Origin: a virus
Virus record (IMG/VR): IMGVR_UViG_3300034105_003151
Location: 87,301 to 151,300 of that record
Direction: 5' to 3' (one strand)
DNA: 64,000 nt
Part shown: positions 1-10,516 of the stretch, one piece after another
How positions within the stretch are numbered: the stretch's first letter is position 1
How the letters are laid out: each line of letters opens with the position of its first letter
Translations under genes and position numbers: made by a program
Notes under the pieces: model-generated
Seen by the model: only the letters and a program-made list of their open reading frames with translations
What the model was told of the DNA's origin: nothing
The model's database searches: none

Positions 1-637
1 AGATATCTTGATTACGATAACAAACTAAAGACCCTAATTCGTATGGTTCTGCATTTGTTCTAGCAATAGACTCTATTATAATACATGGTAGCGGAAGAGA
101 GTGGTTATTTTCCACGCTAGTATTAATATTTTTATAATTTAAAGTTTGTAATATTCTTCTACCTTCATGATCACTAGAGTTCAATACTTTGCACCATTTA
201 TAAGCATAATTCATAGATACAGAAGTTGTTGGAGAAACAGCCTTGTCAAAAACTACTTGACTATTATTATAGTCTAGAGTATATGTCACTGCTCCGCTTC
301 CCGATGGCCCTGGATAAAAAACATTATTTACAGTTAGTCCACTAATTTGTATAGGGGTTTGCGTATTATAAGATATTCCTGTTTCCCAGACCCATGGTGA
401 TTTATGAGTTCCCCAAACAATATTTTCTTTATATGCAGGATCTTTTATTGGTTTTAGTTTATTAAGACTATTATTGTATAAACCACTTGCTGGAGCGACT
501 ATATTTACAAAACCCCCAATATTTAAAAAACCATAGTCTATAAAATTTCGTAGATTTTCTTCTACAGAATTAATATAGAATGTGTCCGATAAGCTCGTCA
601 CAAAGTTAAATTTTCCAAAATCATTATTGACGCTCAT
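1..637 (-). CDS. Virion/neck or tail-completion protein, partial (runs off window)
   Basis: ATG at 637 overlaps the stop of 634..1290; reads MSVNNDFGKFNFVTSLSDTFYINSVEENLRNFIDYGFLNIGGF...; function inferred from position after the head-tail genes only. Confidence 0.55.
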   Translation of the reverse strand, partial: MSVNNDFGKFNFVTSLSDTFYINSVEENLRNFIDYGFLNIGGFVNIVAPASGLYNNSLNKLKPIKDPAYKENIVWGTHKSPWVWETGISYNTQTPIQISGLTVNNVFYPGPSGSGAVTYTLDYNNSQVVFDKAVSPTTSVSMNYAYKWCKVLNSSDHEGRRILQTLNYKNINTSVENNHSLPLPCIIIESIARTNAEPYELGSLVCYRNQDI

Positions 638-1290
638 ATATTACTCTTTATTGTAGACTGTATAATTGCAACTACTTGTTTTTCGCATGTACTTAATGCT
701 CTTGTTATCCAGTTATTAGTGATCGTTCCTGCGTATTGAGGAGGAACTCTCCAATTTGTATTAGAACGTTTCATTAATGCACCACCAGTTCTTGAATAGG
801 TGCTAGGTTCAAGAACCACTTCATAATTTTTTACAATGGGCGAACTACCTTCAAATAACAACCATTCTAACCAAGGTAATGAATACTGTCTTTGTAAATC
901 GATTACTCTAGCATTAGAAGATAATGTAATTGCTTGTAAATCCTGCTTACCTATCATCTTATATACAAAACCTCCACTTATTCCATAGTTTGTAATTTTA
1001 GTATTTTTATTATCTATCTGACCAGTCTCTACCAGGGCTTGTACCAGCTCATCTATACTGTTTGGATTTGCTATACCAAGTTCATATCTAAGGGTTCCTG
1101 TTTTAAGTGAAAGATATTCGGGTTCGTCTCTTAATGCTTTAGCTACTATTTTTTGAATACTCAGATTAATAATAGGTAAACTTTTTTGAATTGTTTTATT
1201 CACTTCTGATAATAAAGAATTAAGAATTAAAGTCCTAACTTGTTTATCACTTTCTAGTATTTTAGCAGATATTCTCACGGTAGGGTCCAA
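634..1290 (-). CDS. Putative neck/tail-completion protein
   Basis: 218 aa ORF coupled to its neighbours in the late operon; function inferred from synteny. Confidence 0.5.
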   Translation of the reverse strand: MDPTVRISAKILESDKQVRTLILNSLLSEVNKTIQKSLPIINLSIQKIVAKALRDEPEYLSLKTGTLRYELGIANPNSIDELVQALVETGQIDNKNTKITNYGISGGFVYKMIGKQDLQAITLSSNARVIDLQRQYSLPWLEWLLFEGSSPIVKNYEVVLEPSTYSRTGGALMKRSNTNWRVPPQYAGTITNNWITRALSTCEKQVVAIIQSTIKSNI

Positions 1291-1784
1291 TTAGTTAATA
1301 AGTAGTCTTGATTACCAAATCCTAAAGGAGTAGGATATCCAGATTTTGTATATAGATTGTTATTAGTAGGTAAAGAAGAATTAAGAACTGCTTGAGTACA
1401 ATTTTCTAATTTATTAAGCAGAGATATCGGGCATAGTGTTTGTGCTGCCATATTAGGAATGTTAACAAATTTTGGCCCCCAGTTCATCCAATATTTACTA
1501 TCAATTATAACTGCCATATATACTGTTTCTTGTGAGTCATAATCTACCTTACCAAAACCACCACAAACGGGACACAAACTACCTTCTTGAAAACTTACTG
1601 GTCCAGAATTATTATACTTATTTAGTGATTGATTTAATATTGTGTCATACACACAGTTATTGCAAAACTTATAATTTGTAGAATTATATTTTAATATACA
1701 AGGTACTGTTAATCCATCTTGTGCTAAAATCATATCTATATGAGTATTAAATAATGCTTTTAGTTCTGGAGTAATTAGGTTCAT
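1275..1784 (-). CDS. Putative head-closure protein
   Basis: 169 aa with CxxC...CPxCGG motifs, directly after the adaptor-like gene. Confidence 0.5.
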   Translation of the reverse strand: MNLITPELKALFNTHIDMILAQDGLTVPCILKYNSTNYKFCNNCVYDTILNQSLNKYNNSGPVSFQEGSLCPVCGGFGKVDYDSQETVYMAVIIDSKYWMNWGPKFVNIPNMAAQTLCPISLLNKLENCTQAVLNSSLPTNNNLYTKSGYPTPLGFGNQDYLLTNWTLP

Positions 1785-2296
1785 GAGTAAAAGTCTCTAC
1801 TTCTAGCGAGATTAGTACGAATACTTCTTGGATCAAACTTATTACCAACGAACGGAGAAAGAACAGCACGAACAGCAGTTGCTTCTTTTACGTCCCAATG
1901 ACTTGTTAATTCGTCATAGAATGCACACGGTCCCTGTTCTATAATTAACTTAATTCCAGTGAGATTTCCAGCAACACTTAATTGTGCCGGTCCTAGAGAG
2001 GCTCTAATGCCTTCGCTAGCGGCTTTTGTTCTTAATGTACTCTGATCTACTAAACACGCAGCTTTAAGACTTACTAGCATAACAAAAATATTGTCATTGC
2101 TAATAGATGGATCAGGAGTAATATTTGGATCAACAACATTTATTTCGTATGGTGTTTCAAGATTAACATCAAACTCTACTTGTTTTGCAGCAACTGTGAT
2201 GACCTGAAGTAGTCTTTCGTCGCTATATGTGGGACTATCTGATAAATCATTAATTAGTGTTCTAACAATAATAGGTATTTCAATATTCCAACTCAT
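1781..2296 (-). CDS. Putative head-tail adaptor protein
   Basis: 171 aa; N-terminal VRTLIND...YSDERL pattern resembles connector proteins; GGAG RBS upstream. Confidence 0.55.
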   Translation of the reverse strand: MSWNIEIPIIVRTLINDLSDSPTYSDERLLQVITVAAKQVEFDVNLETPYEINVVDPNITPDPSISNDNIFVMLVSLKAACLVDQSTLRTKAASEGIRASLGPAQLSVAGNLTGIKLIIEQGPCAFYDELTSHWDVKEATAVRAVLSPFVGNKFDPRSIRTNLARSRDFYS

Positions 2297-2338
2297 ATAG
2301 GTTTCTCCGATAATTTAATTTTTACAATAACAAATACA

Positions 2339-2884
2339 CTAAATACTGGACCCTTCTATAAAAGCTCGGTCAAGATCACTTGCTGATAATCCTAGCTGAA
2401 AAGCCAGAGAGTTTATCCACTGATACGATCTTTCGATATATGGAGCATATTCCCATTCTGTTCGTATACTTTCTCTTAAGACCGGATCTTCTATAGAGTC
2501 TATAACAGAATTTATCATATTGAGATCAATACCATTATGAATTAGCCACAATCTAGCTTGTCTAGCACTAATCCTCTCCCCAGGAACAACAGTCTCTAAA
2601 GAAACTAATTTTTCATTCATGTCAGAAACTTTTTTGTCTAAAACGGATACTGGAGATGCTGGGTCAATTGTGATTAATGGATTTTCCCCAGGGTTTCGCG
2701 GTGTCAGTCCTAGATCTAAACACGCCTGAACGTATTCCTGATGATTTGTGCCTATCCAATACACTGTAGTACCAGCACCAACTGTTGTAACACAATTAGA
2801 GGGAGTTAGTCCGTCATAATAAGACACCCCATCTGATAGTATCCAGTATGTTGGCTCTTTTGGAAAAATAATCTGAGAAGTCAT
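2339..2884 (-). CDS. Tail-fibre-associated hypothetical protein
   Basis: C-terminal SARQARLWL...EWEYAPYIER...LGLS.SDLDRAF pattern is common next to phage fibre genes; probable start is the ATG at 2884 overlapping the upstream stop. Confidence 0.5.
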   Translation of the reverse strand: MTSQIIFPKEPTYWILSDGVSYYDGLTPSNCVTTVGAGTTVYWIGTNHQEYVQACLDLGLTPRNPGENPLITIDPASPVSVLDKKVSDMNEKLVSLETVVPGERISARQARLWLIHNGIDLNMINSVIDSIEDPVLRESIRTEWEYAPYIERSYQWINSLAFQLGLSASDLDRAFIEGSSI

Positions 2885-5877
2885 GCTTGAAACCCTCCAT
2901 CGGTAATCGTCCATCCGTAGTTTACTAGTCGCTGTCTAGCACCGGAGCTAGCGGCGGTATATTTAGCGGTGCCAAAGTTTACGTTTATTCCTGTGGCCCA
3001 GGGCTTTATTGGATTTCCTGTGGAAGTAGTGGCCCATGAATTCAATAATAAGTCATAGTTGCCACTTCCAATATTAGTATTTATCATGAAATTATTAAAA
3101 TTGGTACAATTACATAGATTCCAACCAGTTAACGATACTTGTAGACTACTACAGTTTGTGAACATATTGCTGACTGTTGTTATTCCTGTAACATTCCAAT
3201 TGTTCAAGCCGTTTCCTATAAATGATGCGGCACCGAAAAACATATTAGAACAGACATTATTTCCTTGAAAAGTCCAGTTTGAAAAATCACCAGAAGTCAT
3301 AAGATTTCCACCAAACATATTGATACAATCTGCACCATTTGGTATAGTCCATCCAGTAATCCCGACCTTCAACGAGCCGTTAGTAAACATAGAAGCAAAA
3401 GTCACACTTTTACTAATGTTCCAATTGCTTAGTCCTGAGCCTGCAAAACTAGTACAACCACCAAACATATTAAACAACGTATTTTTGGTAGTATTCCAAT
3501 TGCTTGCATCAAAATTTAGATTAGCGTTGTTAGTAAATATACTATTCATATTACTTATTCCGCTAGTATTCCAAGATTCCAATCCAACTCCTCTAAAATT
3601 TGTACATCCATTAAACATATTGGTACAGTTGATATTATTCCCATTAAAGATCCAGTTTGAAAAATTACCAGAGTTTATGTTAGATGCCCCCTGAAACATA
3701 CTAGTGAGATTAGCTCCGCTTGCTATAGTCCAGCCACTAATACCAACTGTTGACGAATTAGTATTATTCAAAAACATATTGCTAAAGTTTGTGCATTTGC
3801 TTACATTCCAGTTGCTTAATCCACTTTTTGCAAAATTATTAGCTGTTTGAAAAGCATTTGCCATTGTAGTAACATTAGCAACATTCCATCCACTCAAATT
3901 GTTATTAAAATTAGTGTTGCCCAAAAACATATTAGTCATGTTGCTGATACCACTAGTATTCCAATAGTCCAATCCAATTCCTCGGAAGTTTGTACATCCA
4001 TTAAACATACTAGTGCAATTGATTCCGCTTCCATTGAAGGTCCAATTTTGAAAATTAGCAGAATTTATAGCAGTAGAACTTTGAAACATACTAGAAAGAT
4101 TTGCATCACTAGCTATAGTCCAACCGCTAATTCCAACAGCTAAAGGATTGACTTGGTTCATAAACATACTGCTAAAATTTATACACTTATTTGGCCTCCA
4201 ATTACTTAATCCACTTCCCGCAAAGGAATTAGCCCCTCGAAACATATTAGCCATATTTGTAACATTGCTAGTATCCCAACCACTAACATTAGTATTAAAA
4301 TTCCCGCATAACAAAAACATACCACTCATATTGGTAACATTGCTAGTATTCCAATTGCTTAAATTTCCAACAATCATTGTTGAGTTTATGTTTTCAAACA
4401 TTCGATTCATATCAACAATTCCGCTGGTATTCCACGAGCTAAGATCAACATTTAAACTATTGAATGCCGCCGGATAATTAAAACCTGCAAACATTCTAGC
4501 AGTACTACTATTTGAACCAAAAGTCCATCCTGATAAGGAAATAAATTTACTTGCATATGTATCTCCAAACATTCCTAAGCAATTAGCTCCACTTGCTATA
4601 TTCCAGTTGTCTATTCTTATAGAAGCATTTCCTCCAGCATTTAGACCAACAGATCTTAACATAAAATACTGAAAATTGGTTACTTTGCTGACATTCCAAT
4701 TACTTAAATCAGCAACCATAAAATCACTACCAAACTGAAACATACTGCTCATATTTGTAACACCGCTCACATTCCAATCGTTTAATCCACTCTTCGTTCC
4801 ATTCACACCGTAGAACATATTGTTAAGATTTGTTACCCCTCTTAAATCCCAGCTTGGCATATACAAATTAGTTACGCTAGCGGGGGCACTAGTTCCCGCA
4901 TTAAACATACCATTTGCAAGTGATGTTAATCTCCATCCTGAAAGGGTGCAGTTGTTTAATGTGGCTCCAAGAAACATATTTATAGTATTATTTCCGCTCC
5001 AATTTATAAAAGAACAATCGTTTATATTCGAAAAAGAGAACATCGACGGAGCCCCATTACACGCCCATCCACTAAAAGTAATGTTTGACAGTCTGGTATT
5101 TGTAAATGCATTTCCGAAATTCACCACCAGATTAGTATTCCAATTCCAGTCTCCATTAACGGTAATATTACAATTTTGAAAAGATCTTCTCATATCAATA
5201 ACATTCGAAGTGTCCCATTGGGTAAAATTACTGGTATTAAGATTTGAACATCCATTAAAACAATCGGCCAAATTTCTTCTAAAAGGGGCACCAGCAGCAG
5301 GGTCCGTGGGCTTGATATAAGGAGGAACACTCAAAAGACTAGCTCCGCAAGCAGAGTGATTCACGACGGTGGTGATCGTAACTAAATCCCCATAAGATAA
5401 AATAGCAACCGTTGCCAATCCAGCATGTGGAACATTAGTAATCGTATATCCCATTATTCCTTTAATAACAACTGTGTATATACCATGTTTAGGATAAGTA
5501 TGAGACACAGTAAAGAGACTTATAGAAAGTGCAGTTGGCTCAAATCTTGTTTCATAACTTCCAGGTCTTCTAATCTGAGTTGTTCCCGCCGGAATAAGTC
5601 CTCCACTCGTACCGTCTCCCCAGAATATCTCTATAACAGATCCTTGAAGACTTATTCCCATAGATAAAACAATAGTTGTTGATCCACCCTTAGTAGTATC
5701 TATTACCATCACAAAATCTTTACTACTAAAACCATCATTGTTTCCAATCCTAAAGTCATCAATTTTAGGATAATGATAAGGAGTCGGGACTGTTTGCGGA
5801 ATTCCCAATAAAGGTTTTATTCCAACAAGGTCTGTGGCGACAGAAAAATTTGGAGTACCAAGTATGCCGTTATTCAC
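2881..5877 (-). CDS. BspA/DUF285-type repeat surface protein (putative receptor-binding/adhesin)
   Basis: 998 aa; many ~25-aa repeats of the LSNWNVSKVTNMxxMF type; N-terminal WGDG...HTY PKD-like motif; C-terminal WTITDGG. Confidence 0.85.
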   Translation of the reverse strand: MNNGILGTPNFSVATDLVGIKPLLGIPQTVPTPYHYPKIDDFRIGNNDGFSSKDFVMVIDTTKGGSTTIVLSMGISLQGSVIEIFWGDGTSGGLIPAGTTQIRRPGSYETRFEPTALSISLFTVSHTYPKHGIYTVVIKGIMGYTITNVPHAGLATVAILSYGDLVTITTVVNHSACGASLLSVPPYIKPTDPAAGAPFRRNLADCFNGCSNLNTSNFTQWDTSNVIDMRRSFQNCNITVNGDWNWNTNLVVNFGNAFTNTRLSNITFSGWACNGAPSMFSFSNINDCSFINWSGNNTINMFLGATLNNCTLSGWRLTSLANGMFNAGTSAPASVTNLYMPSWDLRGVTNLNNMFYGVNGTKSGLNDWNVSGVTNMSSMFQFGSDFMVADLSNWNVSKVTNFQYFMLRSVGLNAGGNASIRIDNWNIASGANCLGMFGDTYASKFISLSGWTFGSNSSTARMFAGFNYPAAFNSLNVDLSSWNTSGIVDMNRMFENINSTMIVGNLSNWNTSNVTNMSGMFLLCGNFNTNVSGWDTSNVTNMANMFRGANSFAGSGLSNWRPNKCINFSSMFMNQVNPLAVGISGWTIASDANLSSMFQSSTAINSANFQNWTFNGSGINCTSMFNGCTNFRGIGLDYWNTSGISNMTNMFLGNTNFNNNLSGWNVANVTTMANAFQTANNFAKSGLSNWNVSKCTNFSNMFLNNTNSSTVGISGWTIASGANLTSMFQGASNINSGNFSNWIFNGNNINCTNMFNGCTNFRGVGLESWNTSGISNMNSIFTNNANLNFDASNWNTTKNTLFNMFGGCTSFAGSGLSNWNISKSVTFASMFTNGSLKVGITGWTIPNGADCINMFGGNLMTSGDFSNWTFQGNNVCSNMFFGAASFIGNGLNNWNVTGITTVSNMFTNCSSLQVSLTGWNLCNCTNFNNFMINTNIGSGNYDLLLNSWATTSTGNPIKPWATGINVNFGTAKYTAASSGARQRLVNYGWTITDGGFQA

Positions 5878-6272
5878 AGATCTGCCCCTAGTGCTATGAT
5901 ATTAAAACCTTGAGCCGGCCCTACGCTATTAGTAGCACTTAAAATCTGGCCACTCATTAATACAAGGTTATTGTAGGTTGTACTAATTCTTGTGGCCTTA
6001 ACGCTCGCGGAGGGAGCGGCTACTGCGATAGTTATTTCATCAAATAATGGATTACCAACAATTCCAACTCCAGAGATATAAACTCTAGCTAGACCAGCAA
6101 CGGTTGTTCCTGTTGCCTGAATAACAATTTCGGCTATTCTTGTGCCATTACTTGCCCCACTGGCAAATGGAACGTATCCAGACCCTGAGATTCCATCTCG
6201 GTTGTTATTTAGAATCGTTACAAAACCATTTCCAATTTCTGGAATTACTGCAAATGCCGGATTATCAGCCAT
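5874..6272 (-). CDS. Small virion structural protein (beta-rich)
   Basis: 132 aa between fibre-like genes; GGAAAA RBS-like sequence upstream. Confidence 0.5.
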   Translation of the reverse strand: MADNPAFAVIPEIGNGFVTILNNNRDGISGSGYVPFASGASNGTRIAEIVIQATGTTVAGLARVYISGVGIVGNPLFDEITIAVAAPSASVKATRISTTYNNLVLMSGQILSATNSVGPAQGFNIIALGADL

Positions 6273-6283
6273 GTTATTTTCCT

Positions 6284-8509
6284 TTATCTATAAGTTGACC
6301 ATAAGAATAAATTTTTCCCATTGTTCACATTTACACCATTGATAAATAACGAATTATTACTAAAGGTTAATCCGCTTTGACCAATTATGCCCGAGCTTGT
6401 TCCGTCTGAAACTAATACTCTTCCAGAGCCTGGATCGGATACGGAAACACTGCTTCCTCCACCCCCACCAGAAGCGTTAATTGTATAAATTCCGCTAGTA
6501 CTAGTGATAGTTACATTATTACCGGGGAGTAGTTCCTTAACTGGCAACAGCCCGCTGACTCCGCTATCAAAATTTGAAATATCAGAAACTAAATGGGTGT
6601 GTCCACTTAAGCTAACACCCGTATTATTTAGTCTTAGATAATTAAAAACATTCAATCCACTAGATGCAGTACCACTTGCAAAACTTAAACCGTATGTTAC
6701 AAGCATATTAGGTACTATAGCACCTACAAGCGGATTATTATTTCCAATAGAAGTGTTTCCATCTTCGTCCACATTAAAGCTAGGAGTGTTACAGACAAAG
6801 AGGGTATCTACATATAAGTTATTAAATACGGCATCGTTTAACTGAGCATAAGGAGTTAGTAATCCACTAACACTGCTATTAAAATTACCAATATCTGAAC
6901 TTGTTATTCCGCTGTTACGCCAAAGCGATCCGTCATATTTCAAAAATTGTCCACTAATCGCTCCGGTTGTTGCAACATTATGTAGTTCTTCTAGTTCAAA
7001 ACCATTTTGTATAGAAACCTCTATGATCCCTTGATTAACGTGATTTCTAACTATTTTGCCGACAACTACCATATGATTTGGGGCAGTTGGTTTTATGGCT
7101 GTTAAGTTGCCAGAAACACTCGGGCTTAGATATAGAGTACTGCCCTCCACAGCACCAAACTGGTCAGTATTAACATCAATCAATTCTCCAAAAACAACAA
7201 CATCTCCAGCACTATTATTATTTATCTGACTAGCGGTAATGCCGTAAGTTTTACTAGATCCAGCTTCACTAGAAGCGATAGATTTTTGTATTGTTGGCCT
7301 ATTCCCATGACCTCCATTAATATAAACCACAGTCATCTTTGGTAAAGTAGATCCGGTCCTATTTTCGCATCTTGTTATTAATGAAGAAGCACTACTAGCA
7401 GCAACACCATATGCTGTCACAGTATAAATTCCAGAAGTCACCCCTATCTGTATTCCAGAACCGGCGAGAATGTCTTTTACAGAAATAAGATTATTAACCG
7501 ATGTATTAAAGTCTGTTATTTGCGAGCTAGTATGAGTATGCCCGCTTAAACTTACAGGAACTCCGTTTACCCGCAGGGTTATAAAGTTGCCACTATTTAA
7601 TAAAGCATAGGGAGTTAGCAGTCCACTTACTGATGAATTAAAGTTTGTAATATCGCTTGAAGTATGATTATGTCCTACTAAGCTGTAATTGCCACTTGGC
7701 TGTAAACCTGTTACAGAAACAGAGAATAGTCCGGTTGTTGAAACGATATTAACATATCCACTACCAATCACATTTTTAACTGGTATTAATGAGCTAACAC
7801 TAGAGTTAAAATCTGTTATTTGTGAGCTAGTATGCGTATGTCCACTTATGCTATAGTTTCCACTAGGCTGTAATCCCGTGACCGATACCGTAAAAACCCC
7901 TCCAGAAGACGCTACAGAAGCGTATCCGCTGCCCAATATATTTTTTACTGACAATAGTCCACTTACGCTAGAATTAAAATCAGTTATTGCTGAAGCTGTG
8001 TGGGAGTGTCCGCTGATGCTAACAGGAGTTCCGCTTATAGACAGAGAATTAAAATTACCTGTACCAGATATTACGTTTATGGATACTCCACTATTTAATA
8101 GACTCTGTATCTGAGAACTACTAAGACCGAATGTTCCGGTTGTATATATTGTGTATAAATTTCCATTTTGACTTACAGAGATACCGCTGGTTCCTGAAAG
8201 AGTAATATTTTGAGCAAGAGCATTTATAGTTATTGATCCGTCTAGTCCAGAAGCAAATACTATTCCCGATCCAGAATATAATCCACTCACTCTATTTATA
8301 GGTAATAATCCTGTTGTATAACTTATAGGATAGGTGTCTGGAAAATCACTAGGAAGTATTTTATCTCTATTACTAATTTCTAAGTAAACACCACCAGAAG
8401 TAATTATTTCTATAGAAGGAACATCTGTGCCACTAGCCCCAACGGCTACTTCTAAAGAATAAGACGGTTGTTCTATTATTTCAATATTAAAATCTGTCAT
8501 ATTTGACAC
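6284..8509 (-). CDS. Fibre-like virion protein with HxH repeats
   Basis: 741 aa, Ser/Gly-rich; repeated SGHTHTSSQITDFNSSVSGLL units typical of fibre shafts. Confidence 0.7.
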   Translation of the reverse strand: MSNMTDFNIEIIEQPSYSLEVAVGASGTDVPSIEIITSGGVYLEISNRDKILPSDFPDTYPISYTTGLLPINRVSGLYSGSGIVFASGLDGSITINALAQNITLSGTSGISVSQNGNLYTIYTTGTFGLSSSQIQSLLNSGVSINVISGTGNFNSLSISGTPVSISGHSHTASAITDFNSSVSGLLSVKNILGSGYASVASSGGVFTVSVTGLQPSGNYSISGHTHTSSQITDFNSSVSSLIPVKNVIGSGYVNIVSTTGLFSVSVTGLQPSGNYSLVGHNHTSSDITNFNSSVSGLLTPYALLNSGNFITLRVNGVPVSLSGHTHTSSQITDFNTSVNNLISVKDILAGSGIQIGVTSGIYTVTAYGVAASSASSLITRCENRTGSTLPKMTVVYINGGHGNRPTIQKSIASSEAGSSKTYGITASQINNNSAGDVVVFGELIDVNTDQFGAVEGSTLYLSPSVSGNLTAIKPTAPNHMVVVGKIVRNHVNQGIIEVSIQNGFELEELHNVATTGAISGQFLKYDGSLWRNSGITSSDIGNFNSSVSGLLTPYAQLNDAVFNNLYVDTLFVCNTPSFNVDEDGNTSIGNNNPLVGAIVPNMLVTYGLSFASGTASSGLNVFNYLRLNNTGVSLSGHTHLVSDISNFDSGVSGLLPVKELLPGNNVTITSTSGIYTINASGGGGGSSVSVSDPGSGRVLVSDGTSSGIIGQSGLTFSNNSLFINGVNVNNGKNLFLWSTYR

Positions 8510-8898
8510 TCTAAAGCGGTTGTGCTTTGACTAAATCTCTTAACTATAGTAATAACTCCATAGAGTATTCTTTCTGTAAAAAATCCTCCATTAGTATAGA
8601 AATTATCTGGACTTTGTAATTCAAAGTCATATTTTGCAGTATTAAATAGGTAGCTGTTGGTAGTGGTTGCGGGCCATAATAAAGTGAATTTTCCATTAGG
8701 AGCATCTAAAGTAAATTTGTAATCTGGTCCATTATGTCCTGTTTGAAAAATTATTGTATCATTACTATTAGTTTTGCAAATAATTCGACCACACCAATCT
8801 GTTAGATCAACAATATTACCATCAGCATCCTTATATACTAATACTAAGCTATAAGAAGATCCTTGTTCTATATTAAAATCATATTTTGCTGCTGCCAT
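8497..8898 (-). CDS. Virion protein (BppU N-terminal/Ig-like)
   Basis: 133 aa; IEQG...VDLT...KYDFELQ...ILYGVITI pattern seen in baseplate-upper-like domains. Confidence 0.5.
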   Translation of the reverse strand: MAAAKYDFNIEQGSSYSLVLVYKDADGNIVDLTDWCGRIICKTNSNDTIIFQTGHNGPDYKFTLDAPNGKFTLLWPATTTNSYLFNTAKYDFELQSPDNFYTNGGFFTERILYGVITIVKRFSQSTTALECQI

Positions 8899-8953
8899 AA
8901 TTGATCTTTCATAGTTTTAGATAAAAGTACTAGATAATAATACACCTTGATAT

Positions 8954-8989
8954 AAAAAAAAGAACCGCACCTTTTTAGGGATGCGGTTC
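8954..8989 (-). terminator. Rho-independent terminator after the major capsid gene
   Basis: GAACCGCA...TGCGGTTC stem followed by a T8 tract on the minus strand. Confidence 0.85.
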
Positions 8990-9018
8990 AGAAAAGTTTT
9001 AACTTTTAGTTAGAGATA

Positions 9019-10017
9019 TCAGATAGCACCCAAGATAACTCTACGGTTATCTAGAACAGCAAAGCCTTGTTCTGCCCATCCGTAAAAACCGGCTCTCTTT
9101 TGACGATGTAGAGTATCGTCTTCAAAAATCTGAACCTGTTCACGAATTGGCATTATGAAACTATCACGCTTACGAAGATCCAATCCAACGATTAGCTCAC
9201 TCTTAGTACCAACAGATCCGCTCAAGGCGTTTAGATAGTATAGTTGATATTCTTGACCTTCGCCCAACTCGTCTAGGTCGTGTAGGTTAACACCGAAGAT
9301 ACGATTAACAGTACCGTCAGCAGCAGTATAGATTTCTCTACGAGTAAATTCATCGATTTGATCAACGTTCCAGTTACGCATATCTTCCATAGCTTCTGGA
9401 GAAACGTAAAGGTCTGTTAATAGTCCACGATTTGTACTAGCAGAGTTACCACCACCGTTACGGCGCATAGTTGTCTTAAGAAGAGATACAACTCTCTTGC
9501 TTAATAAACCAGTTGGAGCATCACTATCATATACTAGAATATTACGATCTAGACCAGCGGCTAATAGTGTGTGCCATCCATCATCATTCATTTTCTTTAC
9601 AAATGAACCTTCTAGAACTTCCATAGCGCGTCCGACAACGTCCCAACGGGCGTCACGGGCATACTTTAGAAGATAATCGATACTTGAACCAACGTCATAA
9701 GTAGGAACCATAACGTAGTCAGACTCAACGTGCTTTTCTGGAATATATCCGTGGTTAGGAATAGTAAAAGCAACAAAGTCTTTTTCAGTACCAGGGCTTA
9801 GTAAGTCAAGAGGAAACTCTGGAGTAGCACTTTGAGCTAAAGGAATTGGCTCAAAAATACCGTCAAGAATATTTCCATTTAGAACACCCTGACGTAGAGG
9901 TAGTTCTAGAGCTTTGGCGAATTCTGCATTAGCTGCAAGAGATTCTTCTTTTCTTTGTGAACCAGAACGTACTAGCAAATCAGTTAGTTCTTTTGTTGGT
10001 TGAAATACTTCAGGCAT
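9019..10017 (-). CDS. Major capsid protein (HK97 fold)
   Basis: 332 aa; strong GGGAGA RBS; follows the portal-protease-decoration genes; terminator downstream. Confidence 0.85.
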   Translation of the reverse strand: MPEVFQPTKELTDLLVRSGSQRKEESLAANAEFAKALELPLRQGVLNGNILDGIFEPIPLAQSATPEFPLDLLSPGTEKDFVAFTIPNHGYIPEKHVESDYVMVPTYDVGSSIDYLLKYARDARWDVVGRAMEVLEGSFVKKMNDDGWHTLLAAGLDRNILVYDSDAPTGLLSKRVVSLLKTTMRRNGGGNSASTNRGLLTDLYVSPEAMEDMRNWNVDQIDEFTRREIYTAADGTVNRIFGVNLHDLDELGEGQEYQLYYLNALSGSVGTKSELIVGLDLRKRDSFIMPIREQVQIFEDDTLHRQKRAGFYGWAEQGFAVLDNRRVILGAI

Positions 10018-10051
10018 TTTAATTATCTCCCTTTAGTTTTAATTATTAGAA

Positions 10052-10513
10052 TCAAGTGATAACAATTGATAGTTTAGCATAACCATCGGCATCTTTGGCA
10101 CTTAAGAATTGACCAATCTTAGTAGCATTAGTCGAAACAGTACCGATCAAACCGCTATTTCCAACATAAGCATCACTTCCAGCGGTTGGATTAATACCGG
10201 GCACAAGCATATTTGTGCTAACTTGACCGTTGCGTAACAATGTTACCTTACCACCAAGTTGCATTTCATCCTTGAACCAGTTAATGTGCTGACGAGTTAG
10301 GTCATAATTAACAACGTCATTTAGTAGAATACCCATTGGTCTTGCTCCGCTGTTACCAGCAGCATAGGCCACAATAGCATTAGAATCGTCCATTGAAACA
10401 CCGCTATTTGTTTTTGAAGTATCTACAGTAGCAATTCCGCCACGTTCACAAACAGTGTTGCAGAAAAAGCTGATGTCAGTCAATACTTCGATACGATCTG
10501 GTTTTAGAGCCAT
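10052..10513 (-). CDS. Capsid decoration/cement protein
   Basis: 153 aa between scaffold and major capsid genes; GGGAGA RBS. Confidence 0.65.
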   Translation of the reverse strand: MALKPDRIEVLTDISFFCNTVCERGGIATVDTSKTNSGVSMDDSNAIVAYAAGNSGARPMGILLNDVVNYDLTRQHINWFKDEMQLGGKVTLLRNGQVSTNMLVPGINPTAGSDAYVGNSGLIGTVSTNATKIGQFLSAKDADGYAKLSIVIT

Positions 10514-10516
10514 TTG

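Noticed and set aside
3059-5667. Plus-strand ORFs opposite the BspA gene (also 10455..11072 and 15623..16339)
   Set aside because: Antisense shadows of real minus-strand genes, with no independent expression signals seen.
2881-8509. Diversity-generating retroelement targeting fibre genes
   Set aside because: No reverse transcriptase and no adenine-specific TR/VR pair seen; the repeats are ordinary coding repeats.
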